A stretch of 64,000 nucleotides of DNA. It comes from an uncultured cyanobacterium (GTDB taxonomy: Bacteria; Cyanobacteriota; Cyanobacteriia; Cyanobacteriales; Cyanobacteriaceae). The stretch is from assembly GCA_963710605.1 (NCBI GenBank), contig CAVQBA010000007.1:320001-384000 (forward strand), read 5' to 3'. Made by a program: the position numbers and the translations under genes. The notes under the pieces are model-generated. The model ran no database searches and was not told the origin of the DNA. It worked only from the letters and a program-made list of their open reading frames with translations. Below, in pieces: positions 52,805-62,732 of this stretch; within the stretch, counting starts at the first letter, position 1; each line of letters begins with the position of its first letter.

Positions 52805-54007
52805 TTAACCTCTTTTGAGGATGTGTGATGTAGAAATCTCAAAAAAATCTCCATACGAAAAACTAGAGAAATTTTCTGTAATTTGTCGCTCGAGACTGTG
52901 CAAGTCTAAGCTTTTTGGTGAATCGATCGCTGAGATGAAAACATTACCGGGAGAATAAGTAAGTACAACACGACCTGATATGTAGATACAAATTTCACGA
53001 ATAAACTCATCAATTGCTTTTTTTAATGGAGAATACCAGTGTCCGCCAACCACTAATTCTGTCCACTCATAATCTAATGATGTCTTTACTCTTAGCTCTC
53101 TTTGAGTCAGATTTGCTGTAGCAAGAGCTTGGAATGAACTTAATATCGCTTTTGCCCCCGGTGCTTCTCTTACTTCATGGTTTTTAATTTGCCCTAATGG
53201 TATGTCTTCAAGACCATTGAATCGACCAACACCATATAAATTACCGATAAAGTTTAATTCTTCTATTATCTGTAATAGTGTTTTATTTTCTCCGTTAATA
53301 GCGACTGGGAGTCCAGATTCAAAAGTTAATGATATGGTTTGATTCTTTTGAGGGCTATCGTAAGGGCTATTTGTCCAACTAAATGCTTCTTCAGGGACAA
53401 AATATTGCAGATTGTCGAGTGAACCGTTTTCAATCACTCTACCCCAGACATTTTGGTCAACACTAAAAATATTTTTTTCATCAAGTAATGATAATTTTTT
53501 TAGCTCTCTGAGTTTGGTCTCACGACAAATATTTTCTTTTAGAAAAGGGTTGCCAATATTTAACTCTGGAGCAAGAGTTCTGATGGATAGATTAAACCTC
53601 GAAGCACTATTTTGATGATAACAGCTAGTATGAACTATGCAGTCCGCTTGATATTGTCTGGCTATATCAACGGCTTTTTTTGCCATTAATGGTCGGCTCA
53701 AAGACGAACAAATCGGAAATACATTCTGATAGAGACAATTTACTTTTATACCTTGAGTAATAAAATCATCGACAAATTCATCGACAGCATTAATGTAAAG
53801 ATATTCAACTCCTAATAATTGGGCTTTTTTAGCAATGTCACTCTTTGGCGACGATGACTCTAAGTTAATGTGTAATGCAATTACGTCTAGATTATTTTGC
53901 ACTGCCCAATGCAAAAAATAGGTACTATCAAGACCTCCAGAATACAAAACAATAGACTTGTTTGTTTGTTTCATATCGTGTAAATTATCAATAAGACTAC
54001 CGACCAT
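52805..54007 (-). CDS. Argininosuccinate synthase-like ATP-dependent enzyme (divergent paralogue)
   Basis: PP-loop LYSGGLDS, SLSRPLMAK, FSVDQNVW, GVGRF..LE..K..EAPG. The aspartate loop TGKGNDQ is replaced. AGGAGG RBS before ATG 54007. Confidence 0.85.
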   Translation of the reverse strand: MVGSLIDNLHDMKQTNKSIVLYSGGLDSTYFLHWAVQNNLDVIALHINLESSSPKSDIAKKAQLLGVEYLYINAVDEFVDDFITQGIKVNCLYQNVFPICSSLSRPLMAKKAVDIARQYQADCIVHTSCYHQNSASRFNLSIRTLAPELNIGNPFLKENICRETKLRELKKLSLLDEKNIFSVDQNVWGRVIENGSLDNLQYFVPEEAFSWTNSPYDSPQKNQTISLTFESGLPVAINGENKTLLQIIEELNFIGNLYGVGRFNGLEDIPLGQIKNHEVREAPGAKAILSSFQALATANLTQRELRVKTSLDYEWTELVVGGHWYSPLKKAIDEFIREICIYISGRVVLTYSPGNVFISAIDSPKSLDLHSLERQITENFSSFSYGDFFEISTSHILKRG

Positions 54008-54118
54008 ATGTGACCTCCTAATTACTTTTATTTTTTTGTACGATGTTTTTGAGTCAATTAGGTAGAGCAAATGAGCAAAACCATTGCCCTACCTACCTAC
54101 TTGACTAATAAAAAACAA

Positions 54119-55134
54119 TTAAAAATTTAGAGTCCGAGGCGAGCAAAAGTGATCTCGCACAGACCATAAATCATTTTTAATTAGCGTTCTTTGCAACCAA
54201 CGACAATTATTACTAGCGAATTTAGATTCAAATGCTACTCGACCGTGGAACGATTTTCTGTTGTTTATTAACAACATATCTTTAGCTTCGAGAACAATAT
54301 TTTTCACAACAAAAGATTCAAGACAAATACTTTTAAATTCATCTAATGCTTTTTGAGCGTCACCATTAACACCTTTCATGTCTGTAAATTCAACATTAAA
54401 TTGCGGAACAATCAAATTACTACCTTCAATTACCGGCATCAATTTAGCAACAAACATCTCTTCTGTATCGCTATCTGTTTGAAATGACTCGGGAGGTGTA
54501 ACATAAAACTGTTTTTTCTTCAGCTTATCAATCAATTGACAGGATAAATTTTTAATAATGTCCTTTCCATTGACGATTTTAGTAACAACCTTTACTTTTG
54601 GTTCTTCCCTAAGGCATAACACTGCCAAGTGATCCGGGCTGTCACCGCCTAGGTGTACGTCCTCGCAGTGAAGTGGAAGAGCTCTAAGCGAACCCGCATT
54701 AGATATTTGCTCTATAGATTCTTCCTGAGGATAGAGATTATGTACTAATTGACCCTCCTTCTCATTCTTATAAGCAATCGGTTCACCCACCAACTGTGCC
54801 ATTGCTAGTAAAGAGCCTTCGCTAATTTTATTAATAAAATGACTATCATCATTGGGCTTCATATTTGCTACATTACCAATAGGAATATTTTTAATCAAGA
54901 GATACCCATCACCAGACAAATCTCGTTTGAGATTAATCACTTTTTCGTAAATACGATCTGGTAATTCTTTGCGAAAGACATGTAGTACTTCGTATAAAAA
55001 AGCTTCGAGGTTTTCGTTGGGATTAGATTTTATCTTTCTTAAAGATTGCTCTAAACTAAAACTTTCCTTATCTGATAGTTCTGCTACATTGTGTTCTGTT
55101 TTGGGAGTTACCGTAGTGTAGTTGTCAATAACAT
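54119..55134 (-). CDS. Clavaminate-synthase-like (TauD superfamily) Fe(II)/2OG dioxygenase; 5' end apparently frameshifted
   Basis: LPLHCED (HxE), L.INN...HGR, RWLQR. The frame stays open about 65 codons upstream of the GTG at 54940; the nearest ATG (55134) is off by one base. Confidence 0.82.
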
Positions 55135-55652
55135 TTTTTTAGTTTTTTTTTAGTTGTGTGTTCGTGTCATAAGTCCTTAATATTTTTCCTGGACAACTCC
55201 TTTATAATTTCTGGAAACGTAGAAAAACAACTCCAAACCTCGCAAAAACGTTACTTCATCTATTAGCCTAAAAGTCTTGTCTAGTAATAATTTCAACGTT
55301 CGATCGAAGTACCAAGTTATTATTGAAACGATAACTTGATATTTTTCTTTAATTCAGGTAACTATGACTTTTTTATGTTTTACTCATCAGTCATTAACGT
55401 TAATGAGTAGTTTTGTAATATTTCTTTACACTTATGATGAAAACTCAAAGGTTAGTTTGAATATTTGAGTGCTGTTGTATCCTTTGACTGAATTTGTCAA
55501 CTTAATTTTCAGGCAAAGCTTCTGATAAGATAAAGCCCAAAAATTTTAATCAACTTTTAGAAAATTAATATAAGTCTTAATTCAAATTAACTGTCGTCTA
55601 AGATATTTCGTTTAAATTCGATCGTCATCAGTTTGAACTGAGATACAATTAC

Positions 55653-58600
55653 TCAAATTTCCTCTAGCCACGTTTTTAAAGCTGACTCCAAATTTTCTTG
55701 TTCGGGTAAAAATCCTCTCAATGGAGGTTCGATTGGCTCTTGGGTAATAAAAGCAATAGCAACAACACAACCTTGTTGTAAAAATTGACAAATCTTTTCG
55801 ATCGTATCAGTTAAGACACAATTATCAATAATAATGCTTTTAATGGCAGAAGGTTGACGTGTTCTATTCTGATTTAAAAATTGACGTTTAAGTTCAGGTA
55901 ACGAATTAATTTCAGGAAGATCGAGATCTGAAAATGTACTCTCAAATAAGAGGTTAGAAAATTCTTGTCTTATTTCTTGTTCTTGGGTCAAATATGTCAG
56001 ACTAGAAGCGTCAATATAAATTAGTTCTGGATGCTCTTGTAAAAGTACAAAATCTGAATTTTTTCTATTTATAGAAATTATATTTTGAGATGAAGTTACT
56101 TGTTGAAAAAAGACTGGATATAAAATTTCGTGTGACATTACCCATAGTGCTTCCACAACAGACGATTGCACCCACTCAGATTGATCTTGAAGTAAGGGAA
56201 TCAGCTCTTGAATTGCTTTGTCACTTCCAATTTTCGCTAATGCTACCACAACAGACGATTGCACCCACTCAGATTGATCTTGAAGTAAGGGAATCAGCTC
56301 TTGAATTGCTTTGTCACTTCCAATTTCCCCTAATGCTGCCACAACAGACGATTGCACCCACTCAGATTGATCTTGAAGTAAGGGAATCAGCTCTTGAATT
56401 GCTTTGTCACTTCCAATTTCCCCTAATGCTGCCACAACAGACCGTCGCACTCGATCAGATTGATCTTGAAGTAAGGGAATCAGCTCTTCAATTACTTCTT
56501 CACTTCCAATTTCCCTTAATGCTGCCACAACAGACCGTCGCACCCACTCAGATTGATCTTGAAGTAAAGGAATCAGCTCTTCAATTACTTCTTCACTTCC
56601 AATTTCCCTTAATGCTGCCACAACAGACGGTCGCACCCATGTAGATTTATCTTGAAGTAAGGGAATCAGCTCTTTGATTGCTTTGTCACTTCCAATTTCC
56701 CTTAATGCTACCACAACAGACGATCGCACATCTTCAGATTGATCTTGAAGTAAGGGAATCAGCTCTTGAATTACTTCTTCACTTCCAATTTTCCCTAATG
56801 CTACCTGAACAGACCGTCGCACTCGATCAGATTCATCTTGAAGTAAGGGAATAAGCTCTGGAATTAATTCTTCACTTCCAATCTTCCCTAATGCTTTCAC
56901 AACAGACTCTCGCACATCTTCAGGTTGATCTTGAAGTAAGGGAATCAGCTCTGGAATTACTTCTTCACTTCCAATTTCCCCTAATGCTACCACAACAAAG
57001 TATCGCACCCACTCAGATTGATCTTGAAGTAAGGGAATCAGCTCTTGAATTACTTCTTCACTTCCAATTTTCCCTAATGCTTTCACAACAGACTCTCGCA
57101 CATCTTCAGGTTGATCTTGAAGTAAGGGAATCAGCTCTGGAATTACTTCTTCACTTCCAATTTCCCCTAATACTTCCACAACAGACCGTCGCACTCGATT
57201 AGATTCATCTTGAAGTAAGGGAATCAGCTCTGGAATTACTTCTTCACTTCCAATTTCCCCTAATGCTATCTGAACAGACAATCGCACCCACTTAGATTGA
57301 TCTTGAAGTAAGGGAATCAGCTCTGGAATTACTTCTTCACTTCCAATTTTCCCTAATGCTTCCACAACAAACGATCGCACCCGCTCATATTCATCTTGAA
57401 GTAAGGGAATCAGCTCTGGAATTACTTCTTCACTTCCAATTTTCCCTAATGCTTTCACAACAGACGATCGCACCGAATCAGATTGATCTTGAAGTAAGGG
57501 AATCAGCTCTTTGATTGCTTTGTCACTTCCAATTTCCCCTAATGCTTCCACAAGAGACGATCGCACATCTTCAGATTGATCTTGAAGTAATCCTTCCACA
57601 AGAGACGATCGCACCCATGTAGATTTATCTTTAAGTAAGGACACAAAAATAGGAACGGCTTCCTCGGTTCTTATCTTAATCAGAGATTGCTTTATAGGTT
57701 CTTTAATTCGATCGTCTTGAATATAGATAACAATTTTATCAGTAATTGCCTTTTTTAAATCTGCCGAACAATTTTCATATTCTGTAATACCTTCTAAGGC
57801 TAATAAATATAACTTAATTTGATAAAAATCAATATCGCAATCAATTCCCGATTCAAACCTTATCATTGATTGATATAAAGCCAGTTTATGTTCTTCTAAG
57901 TCTTTGTTATCCAACCCTAACCAAAATAAATAAACTTCTTTCCACTGGCTATCAAATAGACGATAACTTCCTGTTGCCACCGAAGATGAGGTGACGGGTA
58001 GTTGGTGATTCAAGAAAAATTTATGACTATCGATGGCTTTTGCGGCAAAAAACTCATGTAAAGTAGTGTGAGGAAAAGCATAAACTTTTTCGTCATTAGT
58101 AGGATATCTATCCACCAAATTTAACCAACCAAACTGACAAGCCAAAAGAAATTGTTCTTCAGAAATATGATCGAGAATAAAACTTTGACTCAAACGAAAA
58201 CGACTCGGATTATCCATTGCTTTTAAAGCTATTTTCGCCAATGCGGAAAACAAACTTCTTTGCTTTGTTTGAGTTAATGATGATTGATTTTGATTCCATC
58301 GCTCACTATACTTATTTACGAAACTTTGAAATAATTGAGCTTTGGCGGTAGGAAGCGTTTGGCGAACACTCCACATTTCACATAACAAACATAGATATAG
58401 CGGATTGCGAACTACCTCATTAATATTTTGATATTTTGTATCTTTTAATTTCTCGATTAATGAAGTTGCTGTAGTTAATTCGGAAAAATTACCAAGTTGA
58501 TTATTTTGTTTCCATTCATCAAAAAATTTGAGAATATATTCTTTTATCTGTTCATTATCAAATTGTTTGGCACGAAAAGTAGAGTAATTAGTGAGATTAT

Positions 58601-59774
58601 GATTACTTTGACTATCCCATGTTGTCAGTCTTGAGGCGATAATGATTTTGGCTTTCTTTTTAATCCAATCTTTCTCCTGACTTAATTTATCATTTAACCA
58701 AGAAGTTGGTTGACTACCAATTAGGGCAATTTCATCTAAGCCATCTAGTATAAAATAAATCTTACTTTGATTAAAATCATTGTTTAAAAACTCTTGAATA
58801 TGAGCAGTTTGGTCTTCTTCTGTCGGATATTTATCATCAATTTCCTGACGCAAAAGATTCTTGCAATATTTCTCAACAGAGCAGTCTTTTTCTTTTAATG
58901 AAGCGATACTAATATAAATAGGATAACCAATATCTTCTCTTAAAATATACTCAGCTATTTTAGTAAGTGATGTAGTTTTTCCTGCACCTGCTTCTCCGAT
59001 TAAACAGACATCTTTTTTGAAATCTGTAGTTAAGATAGTATCTAAAAATTCTTGAAATAAATATTCTTGAACAATAACATTTTTATCTTCTTGTAAATCA
59101 TCGTAATTTAAAGGATTGTTAGGTTCACAGTTTTGTTTGCGTGTGGGTTGGTTTTTTCTTTCTATTAATTCCAAACGCACAAAAATATCTAAGTCTCTGC
59201 CTTTCGGTAATAAAGGACGACGAATATTTTCTATTTGTTTGATTAAAATATTGTTGAAAATACTCTTCCAATCACTATTAACAGGAAAAAGTTTATTTTT
59301 GAAGTATTCAAAGTTTTTATCGATCGAATTACTATCTTTTAGGTCGTATTTTAAAGGTATATTAATTATGAAAAATCCTGTATCGTTCTTTTTTTTAAAT
59401 ATTGTCAAGCTAATTAACTGTAATGTATCTAACTCAATTAAAGCTTTTTTTATTTTCTGTTTATACTTTGTTAGTTCCTTATCCGATATTTCTGGCTCAT
59501 TTTTACAAATGACATGATATAGATTACCAATAATAAAACCTATTTCTGTTCCATCTTTTTTATTTTTACCTGAAATTTTTAAAGACGTTATTTGGCTTTG
59601 GTTTTGTTCTAATTTCAGAAAAGGAACAATATTTCTTCTTGACTGCTCGTATTCTCCTAAATCACTACTTATATCTATTTCACTTTGTTGATTTTGATTT
59701 ATCTTTGTAAAATATTTTTGGAGGATCTCGAATATAGCACTAAGTATTTCTAAACAGGGCAAAGTATTCGTCAT
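55653..59774 (-). CDS. NACHT NTPase with HEAT-repeat array (NLR-like STAND protein)
   Basis: Walker A LIGEAGAGKTT, Walker B FILDGLDE, NPLYL, F.H.TLHEFFAA, 31-aa HEAT repeats. Confidence 0.92.
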   Translation of the reverse strand: MTNTLPCLEILSAIFEILQKYFTKINQNQQSEIDISSDLGEYEQSRRNIVPFLKLEQNQSQITSLKISGKNKKDGTEIGFIIGNLYHVICKNEPEISDKELTKYKQKIKKALIELDTLQLISLTIFKKKNDTGFFIINIPLKYDLKDSNSIDKNFEYFKNKLFPVNSDWKSIFNNILIKQIENIRRPLLPKGRDLDIFVRLELIERKNQPTRKQNCEPNNPLNYDDLQEDKNVIVQEYLFQEFLDTILTTDFKKDVCLIGEAGAGKTTSLTKIAEYILREDIGYPIYISIASLKEKDCSVEKYCKNLLRQEIDDKYPTEEDQTAHIQEFLNNDFNQSKIYFILDGLDEIALIGSQPTSWLNDKLSQEKDWIKKKAKIIIASRLTTWDSQSNHNLTNYSTFRAKQFDNEQIKEYILKFFDEWKQNNQLGNFSELTTATSLIEKLKDTKYQNINEVVRNPLYLCLLCEMWSVRQTLPTAKAQLFQSFVNKYSERWNQNQSSLTQTKQRSLFSALAKIALKAMDNPSRFRLSQSFILDHISEEQFLLACQFGWLNLVDRYPTNDEKVYAFPHTTLHEFFAAKAIDSHKFFLNHQLPVTSSSVATGSYRLFDSQWKEVYLFWLGLDNKDLEEHKLALYQSMIRFESGIDCDIDFYQIKLYLLALEGITEYENCSADLKKAITDKIVIYIQDDRIKEPIKQSLIKIRTEEAVPIFVSLLKDKSTWVRSSLVEGLLQDQSEDVRSSLVEALGEIGSDKAIKELIPLLQDQSDSVRSSVVKALGKIGSEEVIPELIPLLQDEYERVRSFVVEALGKIGSEEVIPELIPLLQDQSKWVRLSVQIALGEIGSEEVIPELIPLLQDESNRVRRSVVEVLGEIGSEEVIPELIPLLQDQPEDVRESVVKALGKIGSEEVIQELIPLLQDQSEWVRYFVVVALGEIGSEEVIPELIPLLQDQPEDVRESVVKALGKIGSEELIPELIPLLQDESDRVRRSVQVALGKIGSEEVIQELIPLLQDQSEDVRSSVVVALREIGSDKAIKELIPLLQDKSTWVRPSVVAALREIGSEEVIEELIPLLQDQSEWVRRSVVAALREIGSEEVIEELIPLLQDQSDRVRRSVVAALGEIGSDKAIQELIPLLQDQSEWVQSSVVAALGEIGSDKAIQELIPLLQDQSEWVQSSVVVALAKIGSDKAIQELIPLLQDQSEWVQSSVVEALWVMSHEILYPVFFQQVTSSQNIISINRKNSDFVLLQEHPELIYIDASSLTYLTQEQEIRQEFSNLLFESTFSDLDLPEINSLPELKRQFLNQNRTRQPSAIKSIIIDNCVLTDTIEKICQFLQQGCVVAIAFITQEPIEPPLRGFLPEQENLESALKTWLEEI
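56146..57640 (-). repeat. 93-bp coding tandem repeats (HEAT): 15 full units plus truncated first and last
   Basis: Near-invariant TCTTGAAGTAAGGGAATCAGCTCT core every 93 bp. Confidence 0.92.
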
Positions 59775-60085
59775 TATTTATTACGATCGATTCTTCTTTC
59801 TCTTAATATAGCTAAAAATCTTTGACGATCGATAATCTTAGTAAGATTAAGATATATTTTCAAAAATTGATAGAAGTCTTTTCTTTTGAAGGGAAAATTT
59901 AGAAGGGTTGTTTAGCTAATTTACGATATTTTTCTCATCACTATCGATTGAGGCTCAATGGTTGATAAATTCTCTATACTTGTTCAGATTGCTATTTCAG
60001 GATTCATTTTTTATTATTTACGATCGATTATCAATTGATAACTGATTTTGGTACAATTTTTTTAGTGTAAAAAGCAAATAGAGAT

Positions 60086-61405
60086 ATGTTAAGTAATTCA
60101 GAAATTATTGCTCAGTTAGATGGTATCAAGACGATTCAAGAACCAGAACAAATCAAAAAACTATCTTTGGATTACTATTATTTTAGCCCTATATTAGAAG
60201 ATAAATTACAAGATAAAAGAGCCGATTTAGTTGTCAAACCAATAAATGAAGCAGAAGTTTTACGAGTTGCTCAAATATGTGTCAAGAATAAAATTCCCTT
60301 AACAGTTAGAGGTGCAGGCACTGGTAATTACGGGCAATGTATCCCCTTAAATGGTGGGATTGTGATGGATATGAGCCAAATGAATAAAATTCACTGGATT
60401 AAATCGGGAATTGCCTGCGTGCAGTCTGGTATCAAAATGGGTGCATTAGAAAAAGAAACTAAAAAGCAAGGGTGGGAATTGAGAATGATACCTTCTACTT
60501 ATAAAACAGCAACTTTGGGCGGTTTTATTGGTGGTGGTAGTGGCGGTATTGGTTCGATTAATTATGGGCAATTAAGAGATAGAGGTAATGTAAATCGTGT
60601 TAGAGTTGTTACCTTAGAAAACGAGCCTAGAGCGATCGAATTAACAGGAGATGAAACTAATCAAGTTAATCATGCCTACGGCACAAATGGCATTATTACT
60701 GAAATTGAAATACCTTTAGCTGTTACTCATGATTGGGTTGATGTAATTGTCGTTTTTGATGAGTTTATGACAAGTGCTAAGTTTGGTCAAGCTTTATGTG
60801 ATGGTGATGGCATTACCAAAAGACTAGTTAGTATTCACAGCTATCCTATTCCTAGTTATTTTACTGCTCTTCAAGCCTATTTACCTGAAAACAAAAGTTG
60901 TGCTTTATTAACTGTTGCTCAAAATTCGTTGGTAGGATTAAAAGAATTAGTTGCTGAGTATAATGGAGAAATTACTTATCAAAAAGATTTAACTGAGAAT
61001 CATAATTCACATTTAATCGAATTTACTTGGAATCATACTACTCTTCATGCTCGTAATGTCGATCGTAATTTAACTTATCTGCAAACTTTCTTTTTCAGTT
61101 TAGATACTGTCGAACAAATGTATAACCATTTTGCTGAAGAGGTAATTATGCACTTAGAATTTTTAAGAGTTGGAGGCAAAGCGATTCCTGCTGGTTTACA
61201 GTTAGTCCAATTTTCCACACCAGAAAGATTAGACGAAATTATTAAATTCCACGAAGACAACGGGGCGATGATTGCTAATCCGCATACTTATATATTAGAA
61301 GATGGTGGTAGAAAAAAAGTTGAACCAGAACAACTAAAATTTAAACAAATGGTCGATCCTTTTGGTTTAATGAATCAAGGTAAGATGAAAGCATGGAATC
61401 AATAA
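60086..61405 (+). CDS. FAD-binding oxidoreductase (VAO/PCMH, GlcD-like)
   Basis: PLTVRGAGTGNYGQ, ATLGGFIGGG, GTNGIITE, DPFGLMN. Confidence 0.88.
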   Translation: MLSNSEIIAQLDGIKTIQEPEQIKKLSLDYYYFSPILEDKLQDKRADLVVKPINEAEVLRVAQICVKNKIPLTVRGAGTGNYGQCIPLNGGIVMDMSQMNKIHWIKSGIACVQSGIKMGALEKETKKQGWELRMIPSTYKTATLGGFIGGGSGGIGSINYGQLRDRGNVNRVRVVTLENEPRAIELTGDETNQVNHAYGTNGIITEIEIPLAVTHDWVDVIVVFDEFMTSAKFGQALCDGDGITKRLVSIHSYPIPSYFTALQAYLPENKSCALLTVAQNSLVGLKELVAEYNGEITYQKDLTENHNSHLIEFTWNHTTLHARNVDRNLTYLQTFFFSLDTVEQMYNHFAEEVIMHLEFLRVGGKAIPAGLQLVQFSTPERLDEIIKFHEDNGAMIANPHTYILEDGGRKKVEPEQLKFKQMVDPFGLMNQGKMKAWNQ

Positions 61406-61482
61406 TTGACAATTGACAATTGACAATTGACAATTGAGAATAACTTTTTACTTTTTACTTTTTACTTCATACTTACCCATTA

Positions 61483-61661
61483 CCTATACCCTATTCCCTA
61501 TACCCTATTCCCTATACCCTATTCCCTATACCCTATTCCCTATACCCTATACCCTATTCCCTATACCCTATTCCCTATACCCTATTCCCTATACCCTATT
61601 CCCTATACCCTATTCCCTATACCCTATTCCCTATACCCTATACCCTATACCCTATTCCCTA
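61483..61661. repeat. Heptamer array CCTATAC/CCTATTC (about 25 units)
   Basis: Directly visible between convergent genes. Confidence 0.92.
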
Positions 61662-62255
61662 ATTAATGTTGCCAAGGTGTTGGAATGGCCAAAAAATAAA
61701 TGTGGCTTTGCCGATGACGTTTTCGGCGGGTAAAAATCCCCAGATGTGTGAGTCATTACTGTTGTTGCGATTATCACCCATGACAAATAATTTTCCTTCA
61801 GGTACAGTTAAAGATGGTAATTCATATTGTGGTTTATCGTTGATGTAATTTTCTGTTAATGGTTCGTTATTCACGTAAACAACACCATTTTCTACTTTCA
61901 CTGTATCGCCTCCGTGAGCAATGATACGTTTAATAAATGCTTGAGATTTATCATAACCGATCGCTTGTAATTGTAACGGTGGTGTAAAAACGACAATATC
62001 TTGATTATCTGGTGGGTGTAAATGATAAGAAACTTTTTCGACTACAAGTCGATCGCCAATATCAAGAGTAGGAAACATCGACTCAGAAGGAATAAAACGA
62101 GGCTCAGCGACAAAAATACGGATAATAATGGCTAAGACTAAACCTAAACTGACAATTAAAAAATTCTCTTTAAATAGAGTGGCAATTGAAGAAGTAGATT
62201 TTGGCTCATTAGTTGATGTTTTGGTTGTCTCGGAAGTATCTGAGGATGTACCCAT
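61659..62255 (-). CDS. lepB: Signal peptidase I
   Basis: IPSESMFPTL (catalytic Ser), FIKRII (catalytic Lys), GDNRNNSNDS. Confidence 0.95.
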   Translation of the reverse strand: MGTSSDTSETTKTSTNEPKSTSSIATLFKENFLIVSLGLVLAIIIRIFVAEPRFIPSESMFPTLDIGDRLVVEKVSYHLHPPDNQDIVVFTPPLQLQAIGYDKSQAFIKRIIAHGGDTVKVENGVVYVNNEPLTENYINDKPQYELPSLTVPEGKLFVMGDNRNNSNDSHIWGFLPAENVIGKATFIFWPFQHLGNIN

Positions 62256-62732
62256 AAAAGATAACTAAAATTAATGTTAAATAAAAATTATAAATATTGT
62301 TAAGAAAGACTCGGATTGGAAGTCGAACTGATTAAGATAAGTGTTAATTCATCAATAATAAGCGATCGAACTTGACTATAACCCTAGCCGGTTGTGACTA
62401 GCCGATTTTTTTGAATTTGTGAATAGCTATTTAATAATCTAGTTTAATTGATTTCAATGGCAGAAAACAAACAACTTTTAATCATTCAAAATTAAAAGAA
62501 GAAACAATAGCGTTTTAAATAAAGAGCGTTTATTAATTAAAATAAGAGTGTTAATCTATATTTAGATGGATGCAAATACATTACTATTAGGTAACAATTG
62601 CAATAAATCTTTCTGCTCATTATCGAGAACTATTTGATAATATGAGCAAAAGTCAGTCGATAAAATTATAATTGCTGACTATGATATCCGAATCGGATAA
62701 CCTTGTACATTTTCTTTTGGAGATAAATTTTT

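Noticed and set aside
52805-54007. Calling this gene housekeeping argG
   Set aside because: Aspartate and citrulline motifs are altered and the context is accessory.
52297-55134. Assigning the cassette to a named cyanotoxin (guanitoxin, BMAA)
   Set aside because: No PLP enzymes, kinase or methyltransferases are present, and nothing in the sequence identifies the product.
55414-55430. NtcA site upstream of the cassette
   Set aside because: Spacing is GTA-N9-TAC, not N8.
56090-57202. Plus-strand repetitive ORFs (184 aa and 103 aa)
   Set aside because: Antisense shadows of the HEAT repeats.
56146-57640. CRISPR-like periodicity
   Set aside because: The period is 93 bp, in frame within a CDS; the intervening segments are homologous to each other; no cas genes.
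61427-61733. ORFs of PIPYTL/YSL repeats
   Set aside because: Translations of the heptamer array.
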